Assembly: GCA_963514005.1 (NCBI GenBank)
Contig: OY740802.1
Coordinates: forward strand, 2,852,001 to 2,916,000
Direction: 5' to 3'
Length of the DNA stretch: 64,000 nucleotides
Source of the DNA: Raja brachyura
Taxonomy: Eukaryota
Under the pieces are notes generated by a model. It did no database searches. It was not told where the DNA came from and saw only the letters and a program-made list of their open reading frames with translations. The translations under genes and the position numbers were made by a program. The number at the start of each line of letters is the position of its first letter. Position 1 is the stretch's first letter. Below are positions 39,217 through 52,149 of this stretch, in pieces.

Positions 39217-39964
39217 CTGATAAAGGAGATTGAAATTCAATTACTTGACATTTGAAATCTTTTAAGTTCTTGACAAGTTTACTGAGACAATTACTTTGTC
39301 TTCATACTTATAAACATTTAATTTTATAAAATAGGTGATCTGAAAGTAACTAATAAACATGGATTCTCCACTTTATTTCCTGGTGTGTGAGATAAGGATT
39401 GGTTCTTTTTTTCTTTTTTTTTAAATCACAAACAATAAAAATCTTCCACATACGTTAAAGGGGGGGGGTGGGATTGAGGAAGCACCGCTCGTTTTTATGA
39501 TGCATTTGCTGCAGGAGTACTCATCAAGGTTATAATTATGTGCTGATCTCTGTGCTTCATACTAAATTTAGATTCAGCATCCAGCAAGGATGAGAAATGA
39601 AGGCCAGTTCTCCCTGTGGTTTTATACCTTTAGCAAATGTAAGTGCTGCTGAAAAGTCAGCATTCCTTGCTGTCCTTGAGATGATGACGGTACAACCAAT
39701 TCAATTTCATTGCTTGAAGGTTTTTCGATAGCATGGTGCATCGGGAGCAGAAGGCAATGGAGCCAGCAACAATAAACAGCCAGCAATACAGACAACCACT
39801 AACTGGCATCCTCCAGCAACCAGTGGCACAGACAGAGCAGCCTGGCCAGTGAGGGACAGTATCGAGGGAGCTCTCAGGCCTACAAGCATATTTCATTAAC
39901 CCAAGCCAAATCCAACACAAGGTAGATAACAGACATTTCACTATTTGTTTTGAGGTGCTGACTG

Positions 39965-40245
39965 AACAATACAGCACAGAAACAGGCCCTCCGACCCACT
40001 GACCATTGGCCACCTGTTCACACTAGTTTTATGTTATCCCACTTTCTCATCCGTACTTGGAGCAATTTATAGAGGCCAATTAACCCACACACACTTTGTG
40101 AGAATTGGGAGGAAACAGGGGCACCCGGAGCAAATCCACGTGGTCAAGTGCAAACTCCACATAGACAGTACTCAACGTCAAGATCGAACTCGGGTATCTA
40201 ACGTTGTGAGACAGCAGCTCTACCTGATGCGCTTCTGTGCCGCCC
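39965..40245 (-). mobile_element. HE1-like V-SINE
   Basis: tRNA-like head (gggcggcacagaagcgcatcaggtagagctgc...gagttcgatc) plus V-domain. Confidence 0.8.
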
Positions 40246-40610
40246 TTTGAAATGGTATCTTTCTTTTGCGTTTTGAAACACAGCACAATTGAGAAGGATC
40301 TGCAGTGTTCCGTTGCATCCTCTGCCCATTTCCTAACGGGAAATATAGTTTGTGCATTTGGGATCTATTAGCTTAGTCATCTTATTGAACAATTGCAGTG
40401 ACCTTTGCCGCAGAAATTGTGTTTATGGACAAGGGAGAGATTGGAGTGACGGTTTAATTAGCAGAATCCCTTAGCAGGATTGACTAAGCAAAACTGATCA
40501 CAACATATTATCCGACGAGTCCTATTTACGCAGAAAATGAAAATATTTCAAATTAATTTACTGACTCCTTTCCTCAAAGGTCTGTTGACCATCAATACAT
40601 AATCACCACC

Positions 40611-41265
40611 CCTCTCCGGGTACTTTCCCTTGCAACCGCAAGAAATGCTACACTTGTCACTTTACCTCCCCCCTTGACTCCATCCAAGGACCTATGCAGC
40701 CTTTCCAGGTGCGGCAGAGGTTCACCTGCACCTCCTCTAACCTCATCTATTGCATCCGCTGCTCTAGGTGTCAGCTGCTCTACATCAGTGAGACCAAGCA
40801 TTGGCTTGGCGATCGCTTCGCCCAACACCTCAGCTCGGTTCGCAATAACCAACCTGATCTCCTGGTGTCTCAGCACTTCAACTCCCCCTCCCATTCCGAA
40901 TCCGACCTTTCTGTCCTGGGCCTCCATGGCCAGAGTGAGTCCCACCGTAAATTGGAGGAGCAGCATCTCATACATCGTTTGGGTAGTTTACACCCCAGCG
41001 GTATGAACATTGACTTCTCCAATTACAGGTAGTCCCTGCTTTCGTCCTCTTTCCCCTCCCTTCCCAGCTCTCCCACAGCCCACTGTCTCCGCCTCTTCCT
41101 TTCTTCTTCCCATCCCCCCCCTCACCCCCACATCAGTCTGAAGAAGGGTCTCGACCGAAACGTCGCCTATTTCCTTCGTTCCATAGATGTTGCCTCACCT
41201 GCTGAGTTTCTCCAGCATTTTTGTCTACCTTCGATTTTTCCAGCATCTGCAGTTCCTTCTTAAAC
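40611..41265 (+). mobile_element. 5'-truncated Penelope-like element with GIY-YIG endonuclease domain and hammerhead (41138-41164)
   Basis: FTCTSSNLIYCIRCSRCQLLYISETK..LGDRFAQH...RKLEEQHLIHRLGSLHPSGMN is the GIY-YIG/CxxC signature. TSD taatca(c/t)cacc (40600-40610, 41266-41276). Confidence 0.92.
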
Positions 41266-41790
41266 TAATCATCACCTCACTTTTCTTTCAAAGTACACAA
41301 TTTATAAAGATGTTTTTGAACCCCATGCATGCCAAACATTATATTGTGCATAGCATTGAACAGCACAGCACAGGAAGGGGCCCTTCGGCCCACAATGTCC
41401 ATGCTGCACATTATGCTAAGTTAAACTAATCATGCTAAGTTAAACTAATCATGCCTACACAAGATCCATATCCCTGCATGGCCACATGTCCATCTAAAAG
41501 CCTCTTAAATTTCACTAACGTCTCCCTCTCTACCACCACCACTCGCAGCGTGTTCAGGGCACCCACCACATTCTGTGTAAAACAAAAACTTGTCCCACAC
41601 ATCATCTTAAAACTTTTGCCCCTCTCTAGTCTTTGACATTTCCGTTCTGGGAAAAAGGAAATAATCCATGATTTTAGCACTGAATCAAATAGATATTCTC
41701 TATTTCAACTGGTTTTGTGTGTTTGAAAACCTAATCAATGGAAGTTTCTAGTTTTAAACTAATGATCCGTGCAATGGCTGATCACCGTAC

Positions 41791-43185
41791 CTTTATTTTT
41801 GTAGCGAGTGCTTCGGAAGCTTCCCTCTCTCTCCGCACATCCCCCATCTTTTTCTCCTTTTCATGCAGTAACTTTTGTTTTTCTTCTGCCACGAGGCTGT
41901 GGTCATCAAAAATGGCTCGCTTCTCCATCTCCAGCTTTTCCTGTTGGGCCTTCCAGTATTCAGGATCATTTTTAATTCCTTCCTCTTCTTCTCCGTCATC
42001 TTCCTCGATATCCTCATCTCCTTCACCTCCCTGCCTCCTTCGATTTTTCTTCTTTCGCTTGCCCACGCCTCGTTTTTCCAGCTGGGCTTTCAGCCGCGCT
42101 ATCTCCTCTTGGAACTCCCTCAAAAGTGCATCTTTCGGATCTTCATTTACGCGTGGTTTATTCTTGATGTTCTTCGCGCGGTTTGCATATCTTAGTGTTG
42201 TCAGGGTCTCTTCGCAGTTATAGGACGCAGGGCCGATATTTGCCACCATCACCGTTTTAGCATTCCCACCCAAGGAGTCCTGCAGTAATCGTGTTAGCTT
42301 GGAATCCCGGTAAGGAATGTGAGTGCTTTTACCATCCACTAGTGCAGATATCACGTTGCCGAGAGCTGAGAGAGAAAGGTTAATCTTGGTCGCTTCTTTT
42401 AACCGGTCTCCTTGGGCTCCAGTTTTAGCCTGGCGTTCACTGCCAGCGAGGTCTACTAAATTTAACTTTCCAACACGGATATGGTTCTCACCATCAAGTC
42501 CAATTTCACTGCACTCAACTGTTATAACGAAGATAGCATGGGAACGCGAGCTGTGTTCATTCATGTTTGTGGAACCCACCGATCGATTTTGATTGCCAAC
42601 ATTCATGACATGTTCGATTTCTTTGACATTCTTTGTCACAAAAGAGGACAGGTCTTTGACATACACACCAGTGTCTGGCCTTTCCTTTAGCTCCAGTCTC
42701 TTCGTTTGATCTTTTGCTAGTAAATCCTTTATTTCCTCCTGATAAATCTCCAGATACGACGCCCTCACTAAATACTGCTGATTTTGTGATCGCGATATGT
42801 GCGTGAATATGTGCTCAAAGGAATTTGGGATAACACCTCTTCTTTCAGGATCTAAACGGATTCCCTCCATTGTATATGTTTTCCCAGTTCCAGTTTGTCC
42901 ATAAGCAAATATTGTTCCATTGAAACCCAATAGAACCGATTCCACGAGAGGTCGAAAAGTCTCATCATATAAATCTACTTGTTTAGAATTCTGATCGTAC
43001 ACAGCATCAAACGTGAATGTCTTGGGTAATTCACTTGGACTTCCTTTGGGGTGTTTCACCAAAATCTGCCCCAGTTTCACGTCAATCTGAACGATTTTGT
43101 CGTAGCCTCCTGACACCTCCTTGTCATTGATCGGCCGGCATCGTACAACCACCTTCACCGATTCAGAACTTTTTAGCTTTGACAT
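41791..43185 (-). CDS. KIF3B: KIF3B coding exon 1 (465 codons: kinesin-2 motor, neck and charged hinge)
   Basis: [19 protein letters not shown]-loop [22 protein letters not shown]. Donor aag|gtacgg; acceptor ctttacag| 52 nt upstream of ATG (exon starts 43237). Joined CDS is 2241 nt, 746 aa. Confidence 0.99.
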
Positions 43186-43494
43186 TGTGCGCTGTGGAAA
43201 GATTCAAATTCCAACAATTGTTCTTGCCTCTGGGCACCTGTAAAGAGATTAAACATTTATGAATCTCGTGCTAAATTCAAATAAAGGTACTGGAAAAACC
43301 CAGCAAGATGTTTGAACAACATCAATAAATTAGGTGAAATTTATTAACCAACTACCCACATCTTCATTGGTCACTTCTGACATCATATAATGTCAGAGCC
43401 ATTCAAAAATAAGCCCTTTAGCCCAACTTGCCCATGTCGACCCATCTAAACTAGTCTCACTTACCCACGCTTGGCCCGTATCCTTCTAAACCTT

Positions 43495-43687
43495 GGGTAC
43501 ACAAAAGGCTGGAGAAACTCAGCGGGTGCAGCAGCATCTAAGGAGCGAAGGAGATAGGCGACGTTTCGGGTCGAGACCCTTCTTCAGAAGAATGGTCTGA
43601 AGAACTAGATGCTGCTGCACCCACTGAGTTTCTCCAGCCTTTTGTGTACCCTCGATTCTCCAGCATCTGCAGTTCCTTCTTTAACAC
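43495..43687. mobile_element. Fold-back PLE insertion in a CR1 tail; consensus hammerhead at 43560-43587 (-)
   Basis: 14-bp TSD tccttctaaacctt (43481-43494, 43688-43701). Confidence 0.88.
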
Positions 43688-46189
43688 TCCTTCTAAACCT
43701 TTCCTACCCAATTATCAGCTCAGATGTCTTGTAATTTATTTTGTTAACTAAATCTAATTTATCCACTCAGCTCATTTTCATGCAACTTCTCAACATTATT
43801 TTTCCAGTAACAAAATCAAAATACTTTCTGAATGATCTTCCTTACATCTTTGTTGTCCATATATCAAAGTTGGGGCTTAAGAAATGAATTCTTCTTTGAC
43901 AACCTAAATTCCATCTAATAAAATGGCATTACAATTTAAATCAAGCATGTTATAATATTCACGGATATTGTCTTCCTTCATACCCATAAATCATTTGCTC
44001 TTTGCTAAACCAGTGAAAACATTGCAATATTATTTTTCTGTGGCCGTAGCAAACCTCCAACTTATTATTTCAGTCCTTTCATTCTACAACTTGCAATAAC
44101 ACGGACCCTTCAAATAACTAAGCCGTATCAATCACCCATGCATTTTATGGAAAATCTGCTCCAGGGATTCAGATCACTCAACTTACAGAGTGTTATAAAA
44201 TTCCCTCACATGTCCATTTTATTCTTTTTTTACACACTTATTACAGTTCCGTTTCCTTGGAAAAATGTGAAATGTAGTAACCTTCACATTTTTGTTCCTT
44301 ATTTAGAACTTTAACATTTTAAAATCTAATTCGATCTTACTCAAAATACACTCTTCCATCTCCCAAACCAATTTTTTATCTCTTTCCACAGATATTGTCT
44401 GACCTGCTGAATTCTGGGTTATTTTTAAACAACAAAGTATGTGGTCAACTGCAAATAAATGTCTTCATCCAAGATGTACCAAATCTTTCAATTTCACTGC
44501 ACAGGAGGCCTGTGGAGTTCATGCACTGAATAGTGTTAAAGAACAAGATCAAAAGTGACCCTCTACATCACTGACCCAGTGCCACCGTCGGGACACTGGG
44601 ACTCTAGGGCCAAGATAAGACTCAGTATTTTTAAGAACTTGATACTTGAAAGGCACAAGTTGGCACTAAAAACATGGTGGCTCTTTGTTCTGCCTCAGAA
44701 GTAATCTACAATTTAATTAAATTACAATGACAATAGACAATAGGTGCAGGAGTAGGCCATTCGGCCCTTTGAGTCAGCACCGCCATTCAATGTGATCATG
44801 GCTGATCATCCCCAATCAGTACCCCGTTCCTGCCTTCTCCCCATATCCCTTGACTCCGTTATCTTTAAGAGCCCTATCTAGCTCTCTTGAAAGTATCCAG
44901 AAATGGTTGCACTCTTTTACTTAAGTATGATTTTACTGGATTGTATGTTAAACAAAACATTTCACTGTATCTAGGTATATGTGACAATAAAAAGTACTTC
45001 TTGAATAACTGAACATTGAGGTGTCAACCGTACTCATATTGAAGAGAGCAGCAGCCACAAGGTACAAAATTCCCCCACCTATTCCTGTGGAAAGTGAAGA
45101 ATGGGATTGAACTTTCTATTCTTAGCTTACACCTAGCAAAACCTGTCATAAAACATCCAAATTTAGACTTAAATATTTCAGCAGAAGCCGGAGACTCTGA
45201 GCTATTTCAAGCAGAATTCAAACTGCACCTCAAAACACATTGTTACTATCCAAATGCCAATTAAATATTTTATATTGATTGGAGGAAGTTAAAGAAATTA
45301 AACCCTGGGGCCATTATAATAAATATTTTATGAAGTAAGTTATTCAAAGCATCACAGAAAATAATTTATAGGAATAATCTAATTCTATCTCCCCATAAAT
45401 GTGGTTTGGGGGGGGGGGGGGGGGTAAAAGCAAAAGCTGAATAAACTAAAACATCTGAGAATCCTGATTTATTTTAATTTTACTCTCAGGAATAAGAATG
45501 CTGGCAAGGAGAAGAGGAATGAAAGAACAAGAACCAAATGTCCACACAACAGATCATGATGTACTTCAATGACAGCCACTAAAGGATCAGATTACAAAAA
45601 TATCCAATATCTCAAATAAGTTGCATTCACCCAGGACAGGGATTTACAATAAATAAATCCGCAGAAAATGGCAAAATACAACAAATTCAACAAAAGACGG
45701 CTGTGTGGATTTGGTGCTCTTGTACCAGATTGCTATGGAAACAACTGCAGATGACCCCCACATTACGGTCTGTGTCATAATTTTCCACAAAACAAAACCA
45801 TATCATCGGCACTTGTGTCAAGAAACGCAAGTTAGGAAAAAAAATTGTTTTTTTTTTCATATAAATTCTGTGAAAATGAATTTGATTCCATATCTAATTG
45901 AGTACTGATTTGCAAATTCTGCACGGGCGAATTTCTGCTACCTGAACAATCCTGATACAAGGCCAGCTTGTATGAGCCATGTGAGAATTGTTTACTTGCA
46001 CCAGTAAATATCCAACCTGACTCTTCATATGTTATTTTCACAGTATTAAAGTGCATTTACAAACCCTTTCCACAGCATTTCTAATTAAGCGCAGACAAGT
46101 GGACTAACTAAATTGAACAGATTACAGCCAATAGAGTATTTTTTTAAAAACTGAGCCTTTATTCTTCAGTACATAGGAAATTAATGGGA

Positions 46190-46690
46190 TTGCTATTGAG
46201 GGAGTGCAGCGGAGGTATACAAGGTTAATTCCAGGGATGGCAGGACTGTCATATGCTGAGAGAATGGAGCGGCTGGGCTTGTATACTCTGGAGTTTAGAA
46301 GGATGAGAGGGGATTTTATTGAAACATATAAGATTATTAAGGGTTTGGACACGATAGAGGCAGAAAACATGTTCCCGATGTTGGGTGAGTCCAGAACCAG
46401 GGGCCACAGTTTAAGAATAAGGGGTAAGCCAATTAGAACAGAGATGAGGAAACACTTTTTCTAACAGAGAGTTGTGAGTCTGTGGAATTCTCTGCCTCAG
46501 AGGGCGGTGGAGGCCGGTTCTCTGGATACTTTCAAGAGAGAGCTAGATAGGGCTCTTAAAGATAGCGGAGTCAGGGAATATGGGGAGAAGGCAGGAACGG
46601 GGTACTGATTGGGGATGATAAGCCATGATCACATTGAATGTCGGTGCTGGCTCGAAGGGCCGAATGGCCTACTCCTACACCTATTGTCTA
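46190..46690 (+). mobile_element. CR1 LINE 3' fragment
   Basis: VQRRYTRLIPGMAGLSYAERMERLGLYTLEFRRMRGD...RTRGHSL plus tail. Confidence 0.92.
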
Positions 46691-48764
46691 TATATAACAA
46701 GTATGCAAGTTTCTGCTGCTGCAAATTTCCAGTTCTTTGTTTATGACACCTTTTAAAATTGTAACATAACCTTACAAAATCCTATCTGGCAGAAAATAAA
46801 ATGCTGGAGGAACTCAGCACATCTGGCAGCATCTGTGGAAGTGTCCCGACCCAAAACATCATCTGTCCATTTCTTTCATTCCACCTCTGCTGCCTGACCC
46901 ACTGAGTTCCTCCAGCACTTTGATTTTGGTCAGGATTCCTGCATCTACAGTCTCTTTTACCTCCACCCTACAGGACAGTATACTAGAGCTATTAGAACTT
47001 GATGTCTCAATCCCTGTAATAAGTCGGCACTCTTGCTATTTGCAGTGGGATTGGAGTGGTGAAAGGTAGGGTAGGTACGTCATCTGGGTCATCAGGTGGG
47101 CATCCTCCTTCTTTGACATTTCATTGATAAGCCCACAACATCTCCAGAGGGTTCAACGGTGATACCTGGCATCCCAGTTACACCCCCCTCAATTCCATAC
47201 CCCCCTGCCTTCATCTTGCAACCCAATTGTTGTCTCTCCTTTTGATCCAAATCCAATTGATAATAGAATGAGAGTCATTTACGCACAGCAGACCATTCAT
47301 ACAAGCACATCCTTGTTAATGCACTATGGTTAGCACCTGGTTTGATCTTTGGAAAGCATCAAAAACTGGAACAAGACGGTGCCAGAATGTGATGGCTCTC
47401 TGCCTACTGATTCCAGAGGTGGATCTACTATCATCTGATACAATCCTACTCTCTCAAATCTATCTACTTGTAAATCCAGAACTATATTCTGCACTCCGTG
47501 TCTTTCCCTTTGCTCTACCTAATGCATTCGAGTTTGGATTCATTGTATTGATGTATAGTATACATCAGGCAAAAGAAAGCTTTTCACTGCTCCCTGGTAC
47601 ACGTGACAAAATTATATCTGTAGGTATAACGACCAAAACAAACTCTGTAAACAAAGTAAAACGTTCAACTTTTTTTAATAAAGTGTCAGATGAAGCTGGT
47701 TGAGATTTAAGTTCAGCTACAAAAAGTATGTCTGGCAAGTGTACCAAATTTGACGTCCATTTGGCAAATGTCTCTCGATGAGGTACAATTCCAGCCTCAC
47801 ACTGTTCTGGAAGTACTCAGTCAGGTTGTGACACATGCTGTTGTCACCATGGTCATACCCTGGCAGGCACGACTTCCCAAAACACTGAGGCCAGTTTAGT
47901 GCCCTACAGGAATGAGCTGTACTGCTCGTATACCACAGTAAAATATTAATTTACCCATTTCCCCAACGAGCACCTTCTCGGTCAAATGTTAAACCTCAGT
48001 TTACATCAATCACCAGAGGTGTGGGAGTACTAAACCCATCACAAAGTGACTGCTTTTACTGAAGGAGCATGAAGCAACCGTACAGAACGACCAAATAACT
48101 GCCAGAGATCCTTGAAGTGACTTAACTATCAGCATGACATATTTAGATCAACATGAACATGCAACTTCTAAAAAATTATAAACTAAATAGTAAGCGTTTA
48201 GAGTGTTGATTTGAAACAAACGTTTCAAACAAGAGTTGGATTCATGGAGATTGACTGATTAAAGTTGGGTACAGGAGGGCAGCCATCCACCAGTCCTTAG
48301 TCTCTCCAACTCCCTATCGGCAAAACTCGTCGGATCCCTTCTTCTTCTTCTGGACCGAAATGCCGCCTTTCCATGTTCTCCAGGGATGCTGCCTGACCCG
48401 CTGAGTTACTCCAGTATAGTCATAGATCTGTACAGCACAGAAACAGGCCTCTTGGCCTTCCTTGTCCATGCTGACCAGGTTGGCATATTGGACTAGCCTC
48501 ATTTGCCTGCATTCGGCCCAAATCCCTCTAAACCTTTCCCATCCATTCCGCTCAGCCATGTTCATTGCACTGCTCTCCTCCTCACCGCCTCCACTGGCAG
48601 TCACTCTTTCTCCATTCTCCTATCATTCCTGTTATGATCTGTGTTCTCATCCCTCAGTCTCCCCTACTCCTTCCCCACCCATTCCCACTGCAAACACCTT
48701 AACCACTGCACCAACCCTACTCCTGAATCACCATCACACCCCAGGCTGGATACACGCCACTCCC

Positions 48765-48833
48765 CTTCCCATTGCTAACCATTTTAACTCCCCTCCCTGT
48801 TGCCATAGCAACCTCTCTGACTTTGGCCTTTAT

Positions 48834-48871
<38 letters not shown>

Positions 48872-48950
48872 GCCACAAGCAAACTGGAGGAACGGTACCT
48901 CATATTCCACTTGGGTAGCTTACAACCCAATGGTATGACCACTGAATTCT
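48765..48950 (+). mobile_element. PLE GIY-YIG fragment containing a (GA)n expansion
   Basis: IANHFNSP...LEERYLIFHLGSLQPNGM around (ga)n at ~48837-48868. Confidence 0.75.
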
Positions 48951-49497
48951 TCCCTTGCCCACCTTCACCTCAGTACACTCCAACTTCTCCCACCTCCCAT
49001 TCACCCTGCTCCTTTCCCCACCTTCATACGTTCCCCTCCCATCCTCAAGTGGCCTCTTTTTTTAAATGTCATTCCCCTCTCTTTCGCCTCCCCCGATACC
49101 TTCGATCCACATCCTTCCTCTGGCTTTATTTCACTCTGGCCCCAATGTTGTATAACATTAGTACCTCCACCAATGTAAAGCACTTTGGCCAACGAGAGTT
49201 GTTTTTTAAATGTGCTATATAAACAAAGTGACTTGACTTGATTTCACCTCTCCTCTTCGCACATAGAACCGTACAACACAGGGACAGCCTCGTCAGCCCA
49301 CAATGTCCTTGTCAAACATGATGCCAAATTAAACTAATCTCCTCTGTCTGTATATGATCTCTATCTCTGCCATCCCTGCATATCCAAGTGCCTGTCCATC
49401 CCTCCACAAATGCTGCCTGGCCCTGCTGAGTTTCCAGCACTTTGTACCATCAAGCACTTTCTGTTTTGCCTATCAGTCTGAAGGAGGTTTTTTCAGT

Positions 49498-49525
49498 CTG
49501 AAGAAGGGTCTCGACCCGAAACGTC
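49498..49525 (+). ncRNA. Minimal hammerhead ribozyme motif
   Basis: ctgaagaagggtctcgacccgaaacgtc within a PLE terminal repeat. Confidence 0.7.
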
Positions 49526-50049
49526 ACCCATTCCTTCTCTCCAGAGATGCTGCCTGTCCCACTGAGTTACTTCAGCTTTTTTGTCTTTGTTTTTTGCTCC
49601 AGATTCCAGCAGCTGTAGCTCCTTGTGTCTCCCCCCTCTACCCATCACCACCAGTGCAATGCCCGACCCCCCTGCTGTATCACGCATCACCCCAACCCCC
49701 ACTGTCCCCCCATCCCTTTCCCCAACCCCCTCTTCCCCCACGAACCATCTCTCCTCCCCCACCTTACGACCCTCCCACTCCTCCCCTCTCATTCTCCACC
49801 CCGCGACCCACTCTCATTCCCTACCCCGAAATTCCCTTCTCCCCATCCCTCCCCCCACCGCCACTCTCTCCCTCACTGCCCCACCTCCTCACCCCCACTC
49901 ACTCTCCCCGACTTCCTCTCCTCCCCCCTTCTCACTCCTCTAACATTACCCACCCACCACCTCACTCCCTCCCACTCACGACCCCTTCTCATTCCCTCTC
50001 CTCCCCACCCCCTTCACTCCCTCCCCTACCCCCCTCTCACTCGCTCTAA

Positions 50050-51150
50050 CACTCCCCACCCCCTTGCCCTTAACTCCCCCCCTCTCCCCCTCACTCTCCC
50101 CCACCCTCTACCCCCCTCACTCTCCCCCACCCCCCTCACTCCCCCCCTCTACCCCCCTCACTCTCCCCCACCCTCTACCCCCCTCACTCCCCCCACCCTC
50201 TACCCCCCTCACTCTCCCCACCCTCTACCCCCCTCACTCCCCCCACCCTCTACCCCCCTCACTCTCGCCCACCCCCCTCACTCCCCCCCTCACTCTCCCC
50301 ACCCTCTACCCCCCTCACTCTCCCCCACCCTCTACCCCCCTCACTCTCCCCCACCATCTACCCCCCTCACTCTCCCCCACCCTCTACCCCCCCACCCTCT
50401 ACCCCCTCACTCTCCCCCACCCTCTACCCCCCTCACTCTCCCCACCCTCTACCCCCCTCACTCTCCCCCACCCTCTACCCCCCTCACTCTCCCCCACCCT
50501 CTACCCCCCTCACTCTCCCCCACCCTCTACCCCCCTCACTCTCCCCCACCCCCCTCACTCCCCCCACCCTCTACCCCCTCACTCTCCCCCACCCTCTACC
50601 CCCCTCACTCTCCCCCACCCTCTACCCCCCTCACTCTCCCCCACCCCCCTCACTCCCCCCACCCTCTACCCCCTCACTCTCCCCCACCCTCTACCCCCTC
50701 ACTCCCCCCCACCCTCTACCCCCTCACTCTCCCCCACCCTCTACCCCCCCACCCTCTACCCCCCTCACTCTCCCCCACCCCCCTCTACCCCCCCACCCTC
50801 TACCCCCTCACTCTCCCCCACCCCCCTCACCCTCTACCCCCTCACTCTCCCCCACCCTCTACCCCCTCACTCTCCCCCACCCCCCTCACTCCCCCCCACC
50901 CTCTACCCCCTCACTCTCCCCCACCCTCTACCCCCCCACCCTCTACCCCCTCACTCCCCCTCACCCTCTACCCCCCTCACTCCCCCCCACCCCCCTCACT
51001 CCCCCCACCCTCTACCCCCTCACTCTCCCCCACCCTCTACCCCCCCACCCTCTACCCCCTCACTCCCCCTCACCCCCCACCCCCCTCACTCCCCCCACCC
51101 CCCTCACTCCCCCCACCCCCCTCACTCCCCCCACCCCCACCCTCTACCCG
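50050..51150. repeat. C-rich minisatellite (modules ccctctacccc / cctcactctccccca), almost no G on the + strand
   Basis: About 1.1 kb of shuffled ~13-27 bp modules. Confidence 0.95.
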
Positions 51151-51490
51151 AGTCCCCGCTCCCCCGCGGCCTAGCAACGGCCGCAACACCTCCCGTCCAG
51201 TCCGGGTCACCCTGCCTGCCTGCCCGCCGACCCGGCCGGGCGTGGGGACGGGCAGCCTCGGCATGCGGGCGGGGCCGGTGGGGTGAGGAGGAGGGTGAAG
51301 GGACGGTGAGGTGAGGAGGAGGAGGGGGGGACGTTCTCTACCTCTCCCCTCAGCGCCGTCCGTCCGCCATCACCGTCGCCGCCCGCTGCCCGCCCGGCGC
51401 ACACAAAACCCGGGGTGGAGCGCGGCGCAGCGCGGCCGGAACCTGGAGCGGAGCCGGAGTCCGCACTGGAGCTGCACCCAAAACACGGAC
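51150..51490 (-). promoter_or_regulatory. CpG-rich promoter / probable non-coding exon 1 of KIF3B
   Basis: The only CpG-dense patch upstream of the KIF3B ATG exon, which begins with a splice acceptor. Candidate donors are cagg|gtgacc (51210) and agag|gtagag (51341). Confidence 0.65.
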
Positions 51491-51596
51491 TAGATCACAC
51501 TCTGGAGCTGGAACAGACTCGTGTGGTGTAACGTTAACCTGAAGTAAGAGTCCACTGTGTGTACAATTAATATTAAAACATCTGCCTGAAGAAGCC

Positions 51597-52056
51597 TAAG
51601 GGTTTGGACACGCTAGAGGCAGGAAACATGTTCCCGATAACATGTTTTGTTATTTACTATATGTATGACTGCAAGGCAACGAAATTTCGTTCAGACCGAA
51701 AGGTCTGAATGACAATAAAGTTTCCATGATTCCATGATGTTGGGGGAGTCCAGAACCAGGGGCCACCGTTTAAGAATAAGGAGTAAGCCATTTAGAACGG
51801 AGACGAGGAAACACTTTTTCACCCAGAGACTTGTGAGTTTGTGGAATTCTCTGCCTCAGAGGGCGGTGGAAGCCGGTTCTCTGGATACTTTCAAGAGAGA
51901 GCTGGATAGGGCTCTTAAAAATAGCGGAGTCAGGGGATATGGGGAAAAGGCAGGAACGGGGTACTGATTGGGGATGATCAGCCATGATCACATTGAATGG
52001 CGGTGCTGGCTCAAAGGGCCGAATGGCGTACTCCTGCACCTATTGTCTATTGTCTA
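51597..52056 (+). mobile_element. CR1 LINE 3' fragment with a short internal insertion
   Basis: KGLDTLEAGNMFP [~51640-51735 insert] MLGESRTRGHRL plus tail. Confidence 0.85.
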
Positions 52057-52149
52057 TAAGAAGAGTCTCGACCCGAAACGTCATCCATTCCTTCTCTCCA
52101 GAGATGCTGCCTGTCCCGCTGAGTTATTCCAGCATTTTCTGTCTACATC

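Noticed and set aside
41738-42690. Plus-strand ORFs overlapping KIF3B
   Set aside because: Antisense shadows of the kinesin exon with no independent signal.
49625-51314. 553-aa and 416-aa proline-rich, extensin-like ORFs
   Set aside because: Translations of a C-rich minisatellite that lacks stop codons in several frames; not evidence of a protein.
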